Below the pieces are notes generated by a model, which had not been told where the DNA came from, searched no databases, and was given only the letters and a program-made list of their open reading frames with translations. A stretch of 32,000 nt of DNA from Microcystis aeruginosa NIES-2549. GTDB taxonomy: Bacteria > Cyanobacteriota > Cyanobacteriia > Cyanobacteriales > Microcystaceae. Each line of letters opens with the position of its first letter. The stretch's first letter is position 1. The position numbers and the translations under genes are program-made. Shown here piece by piece: positions 18,799-28,082 of the stretch. The stretch is from positions 60,001 through 92,000 of the forward strand of contig NZ_CP011304.1 of assembly GCF_000981785.2 (NCBI RefSeq). The letters run 5' to 3'.

Positions 18799-20487
18799 AT
18801 GAAAAGAAAAGAGCTTAAAATCGGTCGCCGCTATTCTGGCAAATCCTGGCAAATATTTGTAATTATTGCCTTCATCGCCGCCGCTCCCTTCGCTATTTTT
18901 TATCTGATTGCCTTGGCTTATCTTTGGCAAGGCGATCAACTTTTGGCCGCGGGGGAGAAGGAATCGGCTCTGTCTGCTTACCAAACAGTTTTATCTTTTC
19001 ACGAAAATTCAGTCCAAGCCCATATAAAAATCGCTCAGGTCTTACAAAGTCAAAAACGCTATTCTGAAGCCTTACAAGCATATAATCGTGGCTTTATCAT
19101 TAATGATAAACCACCGATGGAACCCTCCCTAAGTAATCATTTAGTCGCTTTGGGAGATATTTTCGCCCAAGAGGAAAAATGGTCAGAGGCGATCGATGCT
19201 TACCAAAAAGCAATGATCATTAAACCAACTTTTAAAGGGCAATTTCAGCTAGGAAAAGCCCTTTATAGTTTACAACGTTGGGATGAGGCGGCGAAAGCTC
19301 TGCAAGCAGCGGTTTTTCTCGATCCTAGTCAGGGAAAAGCCTATTTTTATCTGGGAAAGGCCTACAGTGAACAGCAACTCTGGCAAGAGGCCAGTTATGC
19401 CTATCAGCAAGCTCTAGAATTGATACCTAGTCAGGGTGAAATATACAAAAAATTAGGAGAAACCCTAGCAAAACAGGGAAAATGGGAGCAAGCAGAGCAA
19501 ATATATCGACAGGCTCTAATTTACTCCCCTAAAGATGGGGATATTTATAATTATTTAGGGAAAGCTTTAGCGGAACAGGGAAAACTAGGGGAAGCCATGG
19601 CAGTTTTTCAACAGGCACGCCAAATTAGCCCCAAAAATGCCGAGATTTACGAAAATCTCTGTTATACCTATATCGATAGTGGTCAGATCGATGAGGGTCT
19701 AAATTGGTGTCGGCAGGCCGTAGAAATTGATCCCAATTTATCAGAAGCTAGATTTATTTTACAGGAAATCCAACGGGGGCGATTAATTCACGACAATCCC
19801 GAATTATTAAAAATGCCAGAGATAATTCCCAGTGTTAACAGTGATCCTCTGGTGAATTTAAAACGCTCAATTGTTAAAATTGTCATTCGCGGCAAAAATA
19901 ACAATGGGATCGGCACTGGTTGGTTATTAAAACGAGATCAAGATAGAGCTTGGATCGTGACTAACCGTCATGTGGTGACGAATTCCCGTCAGGAAATCGA
20001 TGCAGGAGCGCGCATTTTTGTCGAGTATTATAGCCAACCCCCCCAGGGAAAAATTCGCAAGCGTTCAAAAGCTAAAATTCTCCACACTACCCCCCCTAAC
20101 GATTGGCTCGATTTAGCAGTATTAGAGGTAAAAAATCCCCCGCCAGATTTAAAACCTTTAGCTTTAGCACCCCTACCAATTGCCCCTAATCAACCGGTAA
20201 TCTCGATCGGTAATCCTTTTAATCAAAAAGATTGGACTGTCAGCAAAGGCACGGTTAATGATAATAACGAAAAATCCTTAAGTTTGTCCATGTTTGTCGT
20301 TTCTGGACAGTCGGGAAGTCCAGTTTTAAACGATAAAAATCAAGTGGTGGGAGTGATTTCCCAAGCGAGTTTATTTTGTGATAATCCCTCCACTCCTAAA
20401 CCCCTAGAAAATGCCGTTAGATTGGGCTGCGGTTTAGCGATTCCCATTGACAGAGTGCGAGAAAGGTTAAGGGAGTGGCAATTATAA
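18799..20487 (+). CDS. membrane-anchored TPR-repeat protein with C-terminal trypsin-like (S1/S1C) serine peptidase domain
   Basis: 562-aa ORF with an N-terminal TM helix (WQIFVIIAFIAAAPFAIFYLIALAYLW) and about 8 TPRs. The C-terminal domain has an apparent triad in TNRHVV (His), DLAVLEV (Asp) and GQSGSPVLN (Ser). Confidence 0.85.
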   Translation: MKRKELKIGRRYSGKSWQIFVIIAFIAAAPFAIFYLIALAYLWQGDQLLAAGEKESALSAYQTVLSFHENSVQAHIKIAQVLQSQKRYSEALQAYNRGFIINDKPPMEPSLSNHLVALGDIFAQEEKWSEAIDAYQKAMIIKPTFKGQFQLGKALYSLQRWDEAAKALQAAVFLDPSQGKAYFYLGKAYSEQQLWQEASYAYQQALELIPSQGEIYKKLGETLAKQGKWEQAEQIYRQALIYSPKDGDIYNYLGKALAEQGKLGEAMAVFQQARQISPKNAEIYENLCYTYIDSGQIDEGLNWCRQAVEIDPNLSEARFILQEIQRGRLIHDNPELLKMPEIIPSVNSDPLVNLKRSIVKIVIRGKNNNGIGTGWLLKRDQDRAWIVTNRHVVTNSRQEIDAGARIFVEYYSQPPQGKIRKRSKAKILHTTPPNDWLDLAVLEVKNPPPDLKPLALAPLPIAPNQPVISIGNPFNQKDWTVSKGTVNDNNEKSLSLSMFVVSGQSGSPVLNDKNQVVGVISQASLFCDNPSTPKPLENAVRLGCGLAIPIDRVRERLREWQL

Positions 20488-20508
20488 ATTATGAATTATA
20501 AATTATGA

Positions 20509-20554
20509 AGTGGGGAACTTTTTCAGTTATCAGTGAACAGTAATCAGTAATCAG
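20509..20554 (+). repeat. second copy of the agtgggga...tatcagtNaacagtNatcagtNatcag repeat (STRR-like heptamers)
   Basis: See the alignment with 3297-3345. Confidence 0.75.
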
Positions 20555-20684
20555 CTTCTGAAGGCAAGAGGTAAAAGAAAGAATCTGGCAATTCTCCTAC
20601 CTAAAAAGAAGGTTATAAACTAAGTACATCAAAGCTTTTAGCTTAACAAATTAGGTTTTAGTTTCGGCCTTTGTTATCAGTTAT

Positions 20685-20815
20685 CAGTGGATAGTGATAC
20701 TAAATCCAGTTATTAAAAACTGATTATTTATTCCCCTTTGCATGAGTGCCTCTTGCATGACTGCTTCTCCGCATAACTAGCCTGTACTCAACGGATTTAG
20801 TATGATTGATCACTG
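20685..20815. mobile_element. MITE-like element bounded by inverted repeats
   Basis: A perfect 11-bp inverted repeat, atactaaatcc (20697-20707) / ggatttagtat (20793-20803), lies inside outer cagtg/cactg arms. There is an internal direct repeat ttgcatgaStgc. The motif ggatttagtatcagt recurs at 8474-8488. No coding capacity. Confidence 0.4.
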
Positions 20816-20901
20816 TTTACTGTTTACTAAGTAGCTGGTTATAATTAAATTAAAAATGGATTTTAGGTTCGATCCCCCCTTAGTCCTAGGCTTGATTCAT
20901 A

Positions 20902-20929
20902 GTAGGGTTGATTCATGAATCAACCCTAC
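20902..20929. repeat. perfect 28-bp palindrome GTAGGGTTGATTCATGAATCAACCCTAC flanked by 9-bp direct repeats
   Basis: Checked by hand: the sequence equals its own reverse complement. CCTTAGTCC occurs at 20878-20886 and 20930-20938 on either side. Confidence 0.9.
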
Positions 20930-20996
20930 CCTTAGTCCCCCTTGATAACGGTGGTGTCTGATAATTTTTAACGCCTACCTACTTATTTACTGTCTC

Positions 20997-21042
20997 CTGG
21001 TTACTGATAACTGATAACTGGTTACTGATAACTGATAACTGC
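20997..21042 (+). repeat. heptanucleotide (STRR-like) tandem repeat: ctggtta ctgataa ctgataa, twice
   Basis: Read directly: a 21-nt super-unit is repeated twice (20997-21017, 21018-21038) plus a partial unit. It lies about 40 nt upstream of the gcvT start. Confidence 0.9.
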
Positions 21043-21082
21043 TATGCTAGTCTAGGCAGAAAACCAGTCGATCGAAATCACC

Positions 21083-22189
21083 GTGGCTAACCAAGAAGCA
21101 ACTTCCCCCGCTATTCGTACCCCTTTATACGACCTAATTGCCCAACAAACCAGCAAATTTACCCCTTTTGCGGGTTGGGAGATGCCGATACAGTTTAGCG
21201 GCCTAAAAATCGAACATAATGCTGTCCGCAATGGTGTCGGGATGTTTGACATTTCCCACATGGGCAAATTTATCTTAACTGGAGATAATCTGGTTCAATC
21301 TCTCCAAACCCTAGTTCCCTCTAATTTAGCCCGTTTAAGGGCAGGAAAGGCACAATATAGCGTTTTACTCAACCCGGACGGCGGTATTATCGATGATATT
21401 ATCTTTTACTACCAAAGCGAAAACCAAGGCGTATTAATTGTTAATGCTTCAACCACCGATAAAGATCGAGAGTGGATTTTAGGCAATTTAGAGGGATCGG
21501 GGGTCAAATTAAAGGATTTATCCCGAGAAAGGGTCTTAATCGCCCTGCAAGGACCCAAGGCGGCGACAATTTTACAGCCCTTGATCGGGGAAAAATTAAG
21601 CGATTTTGGGCTATTTAATCACTGGGAAAGCCAGCTTTTCGGGGAAAAAGTTTTTATCGCTAGGACCGGTTACACGGGAGAAGATGGTTTTGAAATTATG
21701 GCCCCCCCTGAAATCGGACAGCAACTTTGGACGGAATTTTTAAATTTAGGGGTGACTCCCTGCGGTTTGGGGGCGCGGGATACCCTGCGTTTAGAGGCAG
21801 CTTTAGCCCTTTATGGACAGGATATCGACGATAGCACGAGTCCTCTAGAGGCTGGCTTAAATTGGTTGGTTCATCTGCCAGAAAAAGGCGATTTTATCGG
21901 TCGCAATGTCCTCGAAGACCAAAAACTTAATGGTGTGAATCGGCGCTTGGTGGGATTGCAGATGTCCGGCAAACATATCGCTCGTCACGATTATCCGGTA
22001 GTATTCGCCGGGGAAGTGGTGGGTAAAGTCACCAGTGGCACTTTATCACCAACTTTAAACACAGCGATTGCTTTAGCCTATCTTCCCACACCTTTCGCCT
22101 CGATCGGACAGGCGATCGAAGTGGAAATCCGCGGCACCACCTACCCCGCTACCGTCGTTAAAAAACCCTTTTACAAAAGTAAAAAGTAG
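21083..22189 (+). CDS. gcvT: glycine cleavage system aminomethyltransferase (T protein)
   Basis: 368-aa ORF with a GTG start. GcvT signatures are present: TPLYDLI...FAGWEMPIQF, VRNGVGMFDISHMGKF and ARTGYTGEDGFEI. Confidence 0.93.
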   Translation: MANQEATSPAIRTPLYDLIAQQTSKFTPFAGWEMPIQFSGLKIEHNAVRNGVGMFDISHMGKFILTGDNLVQSLQTLVPSNLARLRAGKAQYSVLLNPDGGIIDDIIFYYQSENQGVLIVNASTTDKDREWILGNLEGSGVKLKDLSRERVLIALQGPKAATILQPLIGEKLSDFGLFNHWESQLFGEKVFIARTGYTGEDGFEIMAPPEIGQQLWTEFLNLGVTPCGLGARDTLRLEAALALYGQDIDDSTSPLEAGLNWLVHLPEKGDFIGRNVLEDQKLNGVNRRLVGLQMSGKHIARHDYPVVFAGEVVGKVTSGTLSPTLNTAIALAYLPTPFASIGQAIEVEIRGTTYPATVVKKPFYKSKK

Positions 22190-22331
22190 GGTGCGTTGCT
22201 AACCATTGGTGTCAATCCAGTAGGGTGCGTTAGTAACGCACCGAGAAAAAAGGAGCAATAATTTGGTGGGTTACGGCGAACACAAAATCAATACTAAACT
22301 GTAGCAGTTACCGTCGCCTAACCCACCCTAC
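22186..22331. repeat. cluster of three GTAGGGTGCGTT / TAACCCACCCTAC-family palindromic elements
   Basis: gtagggtgcgtt (22186-22197) overlaps the gcvT stop. gtagggtgcgttagtaacgcacc (22220-22242) is a near-perfect hairpin. ggtgggttacggcga...tcgcctaacccaccctac spans 22265-22331. Confidence 0.8.
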
Positions 22332-22346
22332 AGCTGAATCCTGAAA

Positions 22347-24077
22347 ATGCAATCCGTAGACTTTACCACCCTCAGCGCCACTTGTGCCGAAATTGCCGCC
22401 ACTTGGCTACCGGCGAGACTAGAACAAGTGTATCAAATTGATCGCCAAACGATCGCCCTCTATTTACGAACCTTCGATCGCAAGGGATGGTTAATTATTT
22501 CTTGGCATCCCCAAGGAGCGCGGCTGCATATTGGTGAGCCACCGCCAAAAGTCCCTGATACCTTCACTTTCAGCGATCAATTGCGTCATCAACTCAATGG
22601 TTTTGCGCTGACAAAATTAGCATTTGTTGCCCCGTGGGAAAGAGTCGTCGATCTACAATTTGCCCAACGTCCCGATGATCCGGCGCTGTGGCATTTGTAT
22701 ATAGAAATTATCGGCAAATATAGCAATGTGATTTTAACAGCTGCCGATCGGCAAATTGTCACCGTTGCCCATCAAGTCAATGCCACCCAGTCCAGTGTTC
22801 GCACCGTACAAACGGGACAAATCTATCAACTACCCCCCGTTTTATTGGCAACAGATCCCAGTTTAGAAGAATCCTTGAGCAGTTGGCAAGCTAGGGTTAG
22901 TTTAATCCCTAAAACTCTCGAAAAACAGTTAGTTAGTACCTATCGTGGGGTTAGTCCAGTCATCGCTCGATCGCTGTTGCAAAAAGCCAAGATTAACCCG
23001 AAATTAAACACGGATCAGTTAGATAATACTGATTGGGAAAAGCTCTTTTCAGCTTGGCAAGAATGGTTAAAAATGCTCGAAAATAAAACCTTTCAACCGG
23101 GATGGACAAGAGAAGGTTATACAGTGATCGGTGGGGAGATACTGGCAACGGCTAAAAATGTTCAAGAATTATTAAACCGTTATTATAGCGACCAAATTAA
23201 TCAAGAAAGCTTTCGACAACTACAGCAAAAATTAAACCAAAAAGTCATCTCTTTACTGACTAAACTGCAAACCAAAGCCGCAGGATTTCAAACAAGACTA
23301 GCAGAATCTGCTGATGCTGATCGCTATAAAGAGCAAGGGGATTTATTAATGGCCAATCTGCAACAAATACAGCAGGGAATGACTAGCATTACTTTGGCAG
23401 ATTTCCAGACAGGAAAACCTGTCATTATTCCTCTCGATCCCGAAAGAAATCCCGTACAGAATGCCCAATATTTTTATAAACAACATCAGAAATTAAAAAG
23501 AGCGCGGTTAGCGGTGGAACCTTTATTAGAGGAAGTGGTCAGTGAAATTAATTATCTCGAACAAGTGCGATCGAGTTTAAGTCAACTAGAGAATTATAGC
23601 AGCAGCCAAGATTTAGAGGCATTAGATGAGATACAAGAAGAATTAATTCAACAAAAGTATCTAGAAAGCAATTACCAGCGTAATCGGGCGAATAACAAAG
23701 AATCAGAACCCATGCGCTTTACTACTCCCTCTGGAGTAGAATTATGGATTGGCAGAAATAACCGTCAAAATGATCGGCTAACTTTTCGTAGCGCCGGCGA
23801 TTACGATATCTGGTTTCATAGTCAAGAAATCGCTGGTAGTCACGTTTTACTCCGTTTAACCCCCGGTACAGTTCCAGAAGCCACCGATCTGCAATTTGCC
23901 GCGGATTACGCCGCTTATTATAGCCGCGCTCGCCATAGTGAACAGGTTCCCGTCGTCTATACCCGTCCCAAATACGTCTATAAGCCCAAGGGCGCCAAGC
24001 CAGGTATGGTGGTTTACAAACAGGAAACGGTAATCTGGGGCTGTCCTCAGAGGGTTGAGGATTACCGCAAAAAATAA
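22347..24077 (+). CDS. NFACT-family protein (FbpA/RqcH-like ribosome quality-control factor; NFACT-N, coiled coil, NFACT-R/DUF814)
   Basis: 576-aa ORF with an N-terminal NFACT-N-like region, a long Q/E/L-rich coiled coil, and a C-terminal DUF814-type region (ELWIGRNNRQNDRLTF...DIWFHSQEIAGSHVLL). Confidence 0.85.
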   Translation: MQSVDFTTLSATCAEIAATWLPARLEQVYQIDRQTIALYLRTFDRKGWLIISWHPQGARLHIGEPPPKVPDTFTFSDQLRHQLNGFALTKLAFVAPWERVVDLQFAQRPDDPALWHLYIEIIGKYSNVILTAADRQIVTVAHQVNATQSSVRTVQTGQIYQLPPVLLATDPSLEESLSSWQARVSLIPKTLEKQLVSTYRGVSPVIARSLLQKAKINPKLNTDQLDNTDWEKLFSAWQEWLKMLENKTFQPGWTREGYTVIGGEILATAKNVQELLNRYYSDQINQESFRQLQQKLNQKVISLLTKLQTKAAGFQTRLAESADADRYKEQGDLLMANLQQIQQGMTSITLADFQTGKPVIIPLDPERNPVQNAQYFYKQHQKLKRARLAVEPLLEEVVSEINYLEQVRSSLSQLENYSSSQDLEALDEIQEELIQQKYLESNYQRNRANNKESEPMRFTTPSGVELWIGRNNRQNDRLTFRSAGDYDIWFHSQEIAGSHVLLRLTPGTVPEATDLQFAADYAAYYSRARHSEQVPVVYTRPKYVYKPKGAKPGMVVYKQETVIWGCPQRVEDYRKK

Positions 24078-24801
24078 TTTTTTACCAAATTGTTTACTTT
24101 TTTTTACACAAAATGGGTATTGTCTGTTACAATTGTTACTAGAGAGACAAATGCAGTTCAGGCGCTTGGGAACGCAAGAACTATATTTCCTCGGATTACA
24201 ACAACAAACAACAGCAAACCAGTGGTAGCAGCCGATAGTCTCGGGAAAGACACAAAAAACCGACTATTTAGGTGGTATTAAAGCGACCACTGGTATTTTA
24301 TCTTCACCTAACTGGTTCTGTCACATTTTGTAGTCGTGCAAAATTAATTTCCCTGCAGCCAGAAGGCTTTAAAACATCTAGCCTTTTCCTTGATCCCAGC
24401 CATGTAAACTTTGATTAAGAGAAAGATTTCTAGCTCCGCTCCGATGTTATATTAATAATTGAAGCTAAAGAAAAAAGCTTCCCTGACAGATCAACTGGCA
24501 AGGTTATAAAGGTCAAGTTCACAAAGGAGTAAACCCTGTTAAAGTTACATTCTGTCTCGATAACGACGATAACAGCGATCGACCTGAACGCTCATATTTC
24601 CTAGAGTAGAGAACAAGGGAGTTAGGCAATTGGAACTAAGGTTCAATGCTTCTCCAACCAGTCTCAAGTTATGAGGGGAAATACCTGAGAATCGGTAAAC
24701 TGATCGCTGTTATTGTTTGTCAACACAAGTAATTGATAATTGCAGTCGTTCTCCTTTGGTGAGATAATAGAAAGTCTTCTGTTCAAAAGGATATCGATAG
24801 G

Positions 24802-26613
24802 ATGCGACTCTCTCAACAGCTTTTTGTCACTCTCCGGGAAGACCCGGCCGAGGCGGAAATCCCCAGTCATAAATGCTTGGTCCGTGCCGGTTACATTCGT
24901 CGCATTGGCAGCGGCATTTACGCCTATTTACCCCTGATGTGGCGGGTTTTACAGAAAGTCTCCCAGATAGTCCGGGAAGAAATGAATAAAGCCGGCGCCC
25001 AAGAATGTTTGCTTCCCCAACTGCAACCGGCGGAACTCTGGCAAGAATCAGGCCGTTGGGACACCTACACAAAAGCAGAAGGGATTATGTTTGCCCTGAC
25101 GGACCGGCAAAACCGGGAGTTAGGATTAGGACCGACTCACGAAGAAGTAATTACTGCCGTCGCTCGTGATTTAATTCGTTCCTATCGACAATTGCCGGTT
25201 AATTTATATCAGATTCAAACTAAATTTCGCGATGAAATTCGCCCTCGTTTTGGTTTAATGCGGGGACGAGAATTTATTATGAAAGATGCCTATTCTTTCA
25301 ATCTCGACGAGGAATGTTTAAAGAAAACCTATCAAGCGATGGATATAGCTTACCGGAATATTTTCCGCCGTTGTGGGTTAGCTTTTCGGGCAGTAGAAGC
25401 CGATTCTGGAGCGATTGGCGGTTCCGCATCCCAAGAATTTATGGTCTTAGCTGATGCTGGAGAAGATGAGGTTTTATTTACTGCCGATGAAAAGTATGCG
25501 GCTAATGTGGAAAAAGCCGTTTCTTTGCCAGCAGATAAAGTGGCTTCTCCCTTTAAAAAGTTTACTAAAAAAGAGACTCCTAACACCAACACTATCGAAA
25601 GTTTAGCTAAATTTCTCGATTGTTCTGCCACTGCTATCGTCAAAAATGTTCTCTACGAAGTGGTTTATGATAGCGGCATAACTGTTTTAGTTTTACTGCA
25701 TATTCGCGGTGATCAAGAAGTTAACGAAGTTAAACTACAAAATGAATTAGTTAGACAGGCGGGCCGTTACAATGCTAAAACAATTTTGGCTTTAAAAATA
25801 CCCGATGCTGCCGCTCAACAGCAATGGGCAACTAAACCTTTACCTTTAGGTTATATTGCTCCTGACTTAGAAGATAATTTGCTCAAAAAAGCCAGCGATA
25901 TCGCTCCTCAGTTTTTACGCATAGCAGACAACACAGTGACAGACTTAGAAAACTTTATCACTGGTGCTAATGAAACTGGGTTTCATGTAGTGGGGGCGAA
26001 TTGGGGTAAGGATTTTATCTTACCGGAATTAATCGTCGATCTACGCAAAGCCCGGGTAGGCGATCGAGCTATTCATGATCCTAATCAAACCTTGCAAAGT
26101 GCCAGAGGAATTGAAGTCGGTCATATCTTCCAATTGGGCTATAAATATTCTCAAGCTATGAATGCTTTTTATACTAATGAAGCGGGAGAATCTACCCCCA
26201 TTTGTATGGGTTGTTATGGTATAGGAGTATCGCGTTTAGCCCAGGCAGCCGTAGAACAATCCTACGATAAAGATGGCATTATTTGGCCCGTAGCTATTGC
26301 CCCCTATCAAGCGATTGTGGTTATTCCTAATTTAGCCGATGCCGAGCAGGTAAAAACCGCCGAAAGTTTATACAATGAGTTAAATCAAGCGGGCATTGAA
26401 ACCCTTTTAGATGACCGGAATGAACGTGCAGGTGTTAAGTTCAAAGATGCGGATTTAATTGGGATTCCCTATCGCATTGTCACGGGTAAATCTCTCAAAT
26501 CGGGTAAGGTGGAATTAGTCGAAAGAGCCAGTAAAAAAGCGTCAGAAGTAGCAATTAATGAGGTGGTTTCCTATTTAAAAACTGCTATTTCAAAGGTAAA
26601 TGCTTCTGATTAA
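24802..26613 (+). CDS. proS: proline--tRNA ligase (bacterial type with INS editing domain)
   Basis: 603-aa ORF with ProRS motifs: [74 protein letters not shown] and [10 protein letters not shown]. Confidence 0.95.
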   Translation: MRLSQQLFVTLREDPAEAEIPSHKCLVRAGYIRRIGSGIYAYLPLMWRVLQKVSQIVREEMNKAGAQECLLPQLQPAELWQESGRWDTYTKAEGIMFALTDRQNRELGLGPTHEEVITAVARDLIRSYRQLPVNLYQIQTKFRDEIRPRFGLMRGREFIMKDAYSFNLDEECLKKTYQAMDIAYRNIFRRCGLAFRAVEADSGAIGGSASQEFMVLADAGEDEVLFTADEKYAANVEKAVSLPADKVASPFKKFTKKETPNTNTIESLAKFLDCSATAIVKNVLYEVVYDSGITVLVLLHIRGDQEVNEVKLQNELVRQAGRYNAKTILALKIPDAAAQQQWATKPLPLGYIAPDLEDNLLKKASDIAPQFLRIADNTVTDLENFITGANETGFHVVGANWGKDFILPELIVDLRKARVGDRAIHDPNQTLQSARGIEVGHIFQLGYKYSQAMNAFYTNEAGESTPICMGCYGIGVSRLAQAAVEQSYDKDGIIWPVAIAPYQAIVVIPNLADAEQVKTAESLYNELNQAGIETLLDDRNERAGVKFKDADLIGIPYRIVTGKSLKSGKVELVERASKKASEVAINEVVSYLKTAISKVNASD

Positions 26614-26955
26614 GTGATTAAATATACAGATAATTTTGCCTGTTTATAGTTCTGATGATCGAATATGAGTCGGGGGACCTCCTGTTATAAAGGGCATCTC
26701 AAAAGCTATTGACAATTGGCCAATTTTGTGATCCGCGTGGGCATTTTAAGTGATACCAGTCAATCAGAATAGTTACGAACTCGACCTATTTGGTCGATTG
26801 TTGCTTAACAATTGAGATGGCAAATTCTACTCAAATATGCCTGAATTGCCCTCTGGGTAGGCAACCCACATAAAGTTCATTTTGTCAAGGATTGTTAGGA
26901 TGCGCTTACCCTGTTTGCTAGAGTGGGAGCATTCCATTTGAGATAATAATTTTTT

Positions 26956-27153
26956 TCAAGTAATAGGGTGGCCGCTTCTAAGGGAAATGGGCCCCTTTAA
27001 TACGACCATAATATCAATATCTGAGTCCTCATTGGCGTTACCCCGCGCTTGTGAACCAAAAAGGATGAGTTTTACTAACCGTTTTCCATAAAACTTTGCT
27101 AATTCTTGGCGAAATTCTTGTAGTATAGGCATTAGGGTTTGTAATTGAGCCAT
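26956..27153 (-). CDS. minimal nucleotidyltransferase (MNT-type antitoxin-like), probably 3'-truncated or decaying
   Basis: 65-aa ORF carrying the NTase motif LFGSQARGNANEDSDIDI (GS...DxD), but shorter than typical MNT proteins. No HEPN partner ORF was found in the 342 bp downstream. Confidence 0.55.
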   Translation of the reverse strand: MAQLQTLMPILQEFRQELAKFYGKRLVKLILFGSQARGNANEDSDIDIMVVLKGPISLRSGHPIT

Positions 27154-27338
27154 TGTTTTATTAGCTAGAAATTATTTTTTGTAATAAATTGTATTGATGG
27201 ATGTCACTTATTCACTATTTTATCGGATTTTTGCGATTGCGTAGGGAGTGTGGAAAGATGGGGAGGAATGCGATCGCCAATGAAATGTGGATGGGTCATT
27301 CATTCGACGGCTCATAGCGTTCTAAACTTTTAATAAAA

Positions 27339-27560
27339 TCATCGGTTTTCTTCTCGCCATGCTGCTTGACGGATAGATTTAGGGGTGATATTTCTGTCTT
27401 CCCACAATCCTGCCAGGGCAAAGAATTCTTGCTCGTTATCAGATAATGTTGTTTGATCTTCGATGATTTCTACAGAGTCAACAAAATCTAAAGCAGTTAA
27501 AATTTTAGAGAGTGTTTCTGCTTTTTCTTGGTCACGAATGTGTACGATTAGTTGTTTCAT
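27339..27560 (-). CDS. small hypothetical protein, antitoxin-like, with no adjacent partner
   Basis: 73-aa ORF whose C-terminal LAGLWEDRNITPKSIRQAAW motif resembles small proteins I recall next to PIN toxins in cyanobacteria. That resemblance is unverified. Confidence 0.5.
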   Translation of the reverse strand: MKQLIVHIRDQEKAETLSKILTALDFVDSVEIIEDQTTLSDNEQEFFALAGLWEDRNITPKSIRQAAWREENR

Positions 27561-27587
27561 GGTAGTTTATTTTGCATTGATTTGATA

Positions 27588-28082
27588 TTAATGATCATTG
27601 TCTAATTCTGTTTTTAGCCAATTAAGAATCGGAGAACTAATACGAATTCCATAATTAACTAACTGTTGTGATAAATCTAAAATTTCTTGTTTAGATAGAT
27701 AACCTGCATAAAAACCAACCAAGAGAATTCCTAATGTTCCTTTGACGGTTAATTCCATAGCTTTGGCAACTCTTCTTGCTAATTTCTCATCTATAATTAC
27801 CCAGTCTAGTTTAATTGAAATTGCCAAGAGAATAACTTCTAATTCTCCTCGATCTAATCCTAGTAATAGCGGTTCAAGAGGAGATGATGATGCAACTTCT
27901 TGAACTTGAATCCAATTGGCATTTTTGAGTTCTTTTGCCCCCGGTTTATTATCTCCAGCGATGACAATTTCTTGATAAACTGCCCAAGGAATAATCACTT
28001 CATTAAATAGCTGATTAAGAAGATCTAATTGATTAATCAAAGATAAGGCGATGATCGGTGTAGAATTAACAATTATCTTCAT
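27588..28082 (-). CDS. DUF3368 / PIN-like predicted nucleic-acid-binding protein (putative toxin)
   Basis: 164-aa ORF whose N-terminus (IIVNSTPIIALSLINQLDLLNQLF...VIIPWAVYQEI) is typical of COG2405/DUF3368. It overlaps the upstream UPF0175 gene by 17 nt. Confidence 0.75.
   Translation of the reverse strand: MKIIVNSTPIIALSLINQLDLLNQLFNEVIIPWAVYQEIVIAGDNKPGAKELKNANWIQVQEVASSSPLEPLLLGLDRGELEVILLAISIKLDWVIIDEKLARRVAKAMELTVKGTLGILLVGFYAGYLSKQEILDLSQQLVNYGIRISSPILNWLKTELDNDH

Noticed and set aside
20866-20877. ggttcgatcccc, resembling a tRNA T-arm (possible tRNA gene or att-site relic)
   Set aside because: No acceptor, D or anticodon stems can be built from the flanking sequence. The stem halves around the TTCGATC loop are not complementary.
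20560-21082. Possible glycine riboswitch upstream of gcvT
   Set aside because: I could not find the conserved glycine-aptamer core (ACCGAAGGGGCAA-like and CTCTGGAGAG-like segments). The region is instead explained by dispersed repeats. An Infernal scan would settle it.
24090-24281. TTG-start 63-aa ORF whose end (…NNSKPVVAADS…) superficially recalls a cyanobacterial tmRNA tag (ANN…VAA)
   Set aside because: There is no in-frame stop after VAA, no GGGGCTG tRNA-like 5' end, and no T-arm/CCA 3' end. The ORF has a weak start and a non-protein-like composition.
26614-26955. Search for a HEPN toxin partner downstream of the MNT-type nucleotidyltransferase
   Set aside because: All three minus-strand frames are broken by stops within about 40 codons, and no R-x4-H HEPN motif was seen. 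I treat the region as decayed sequence.
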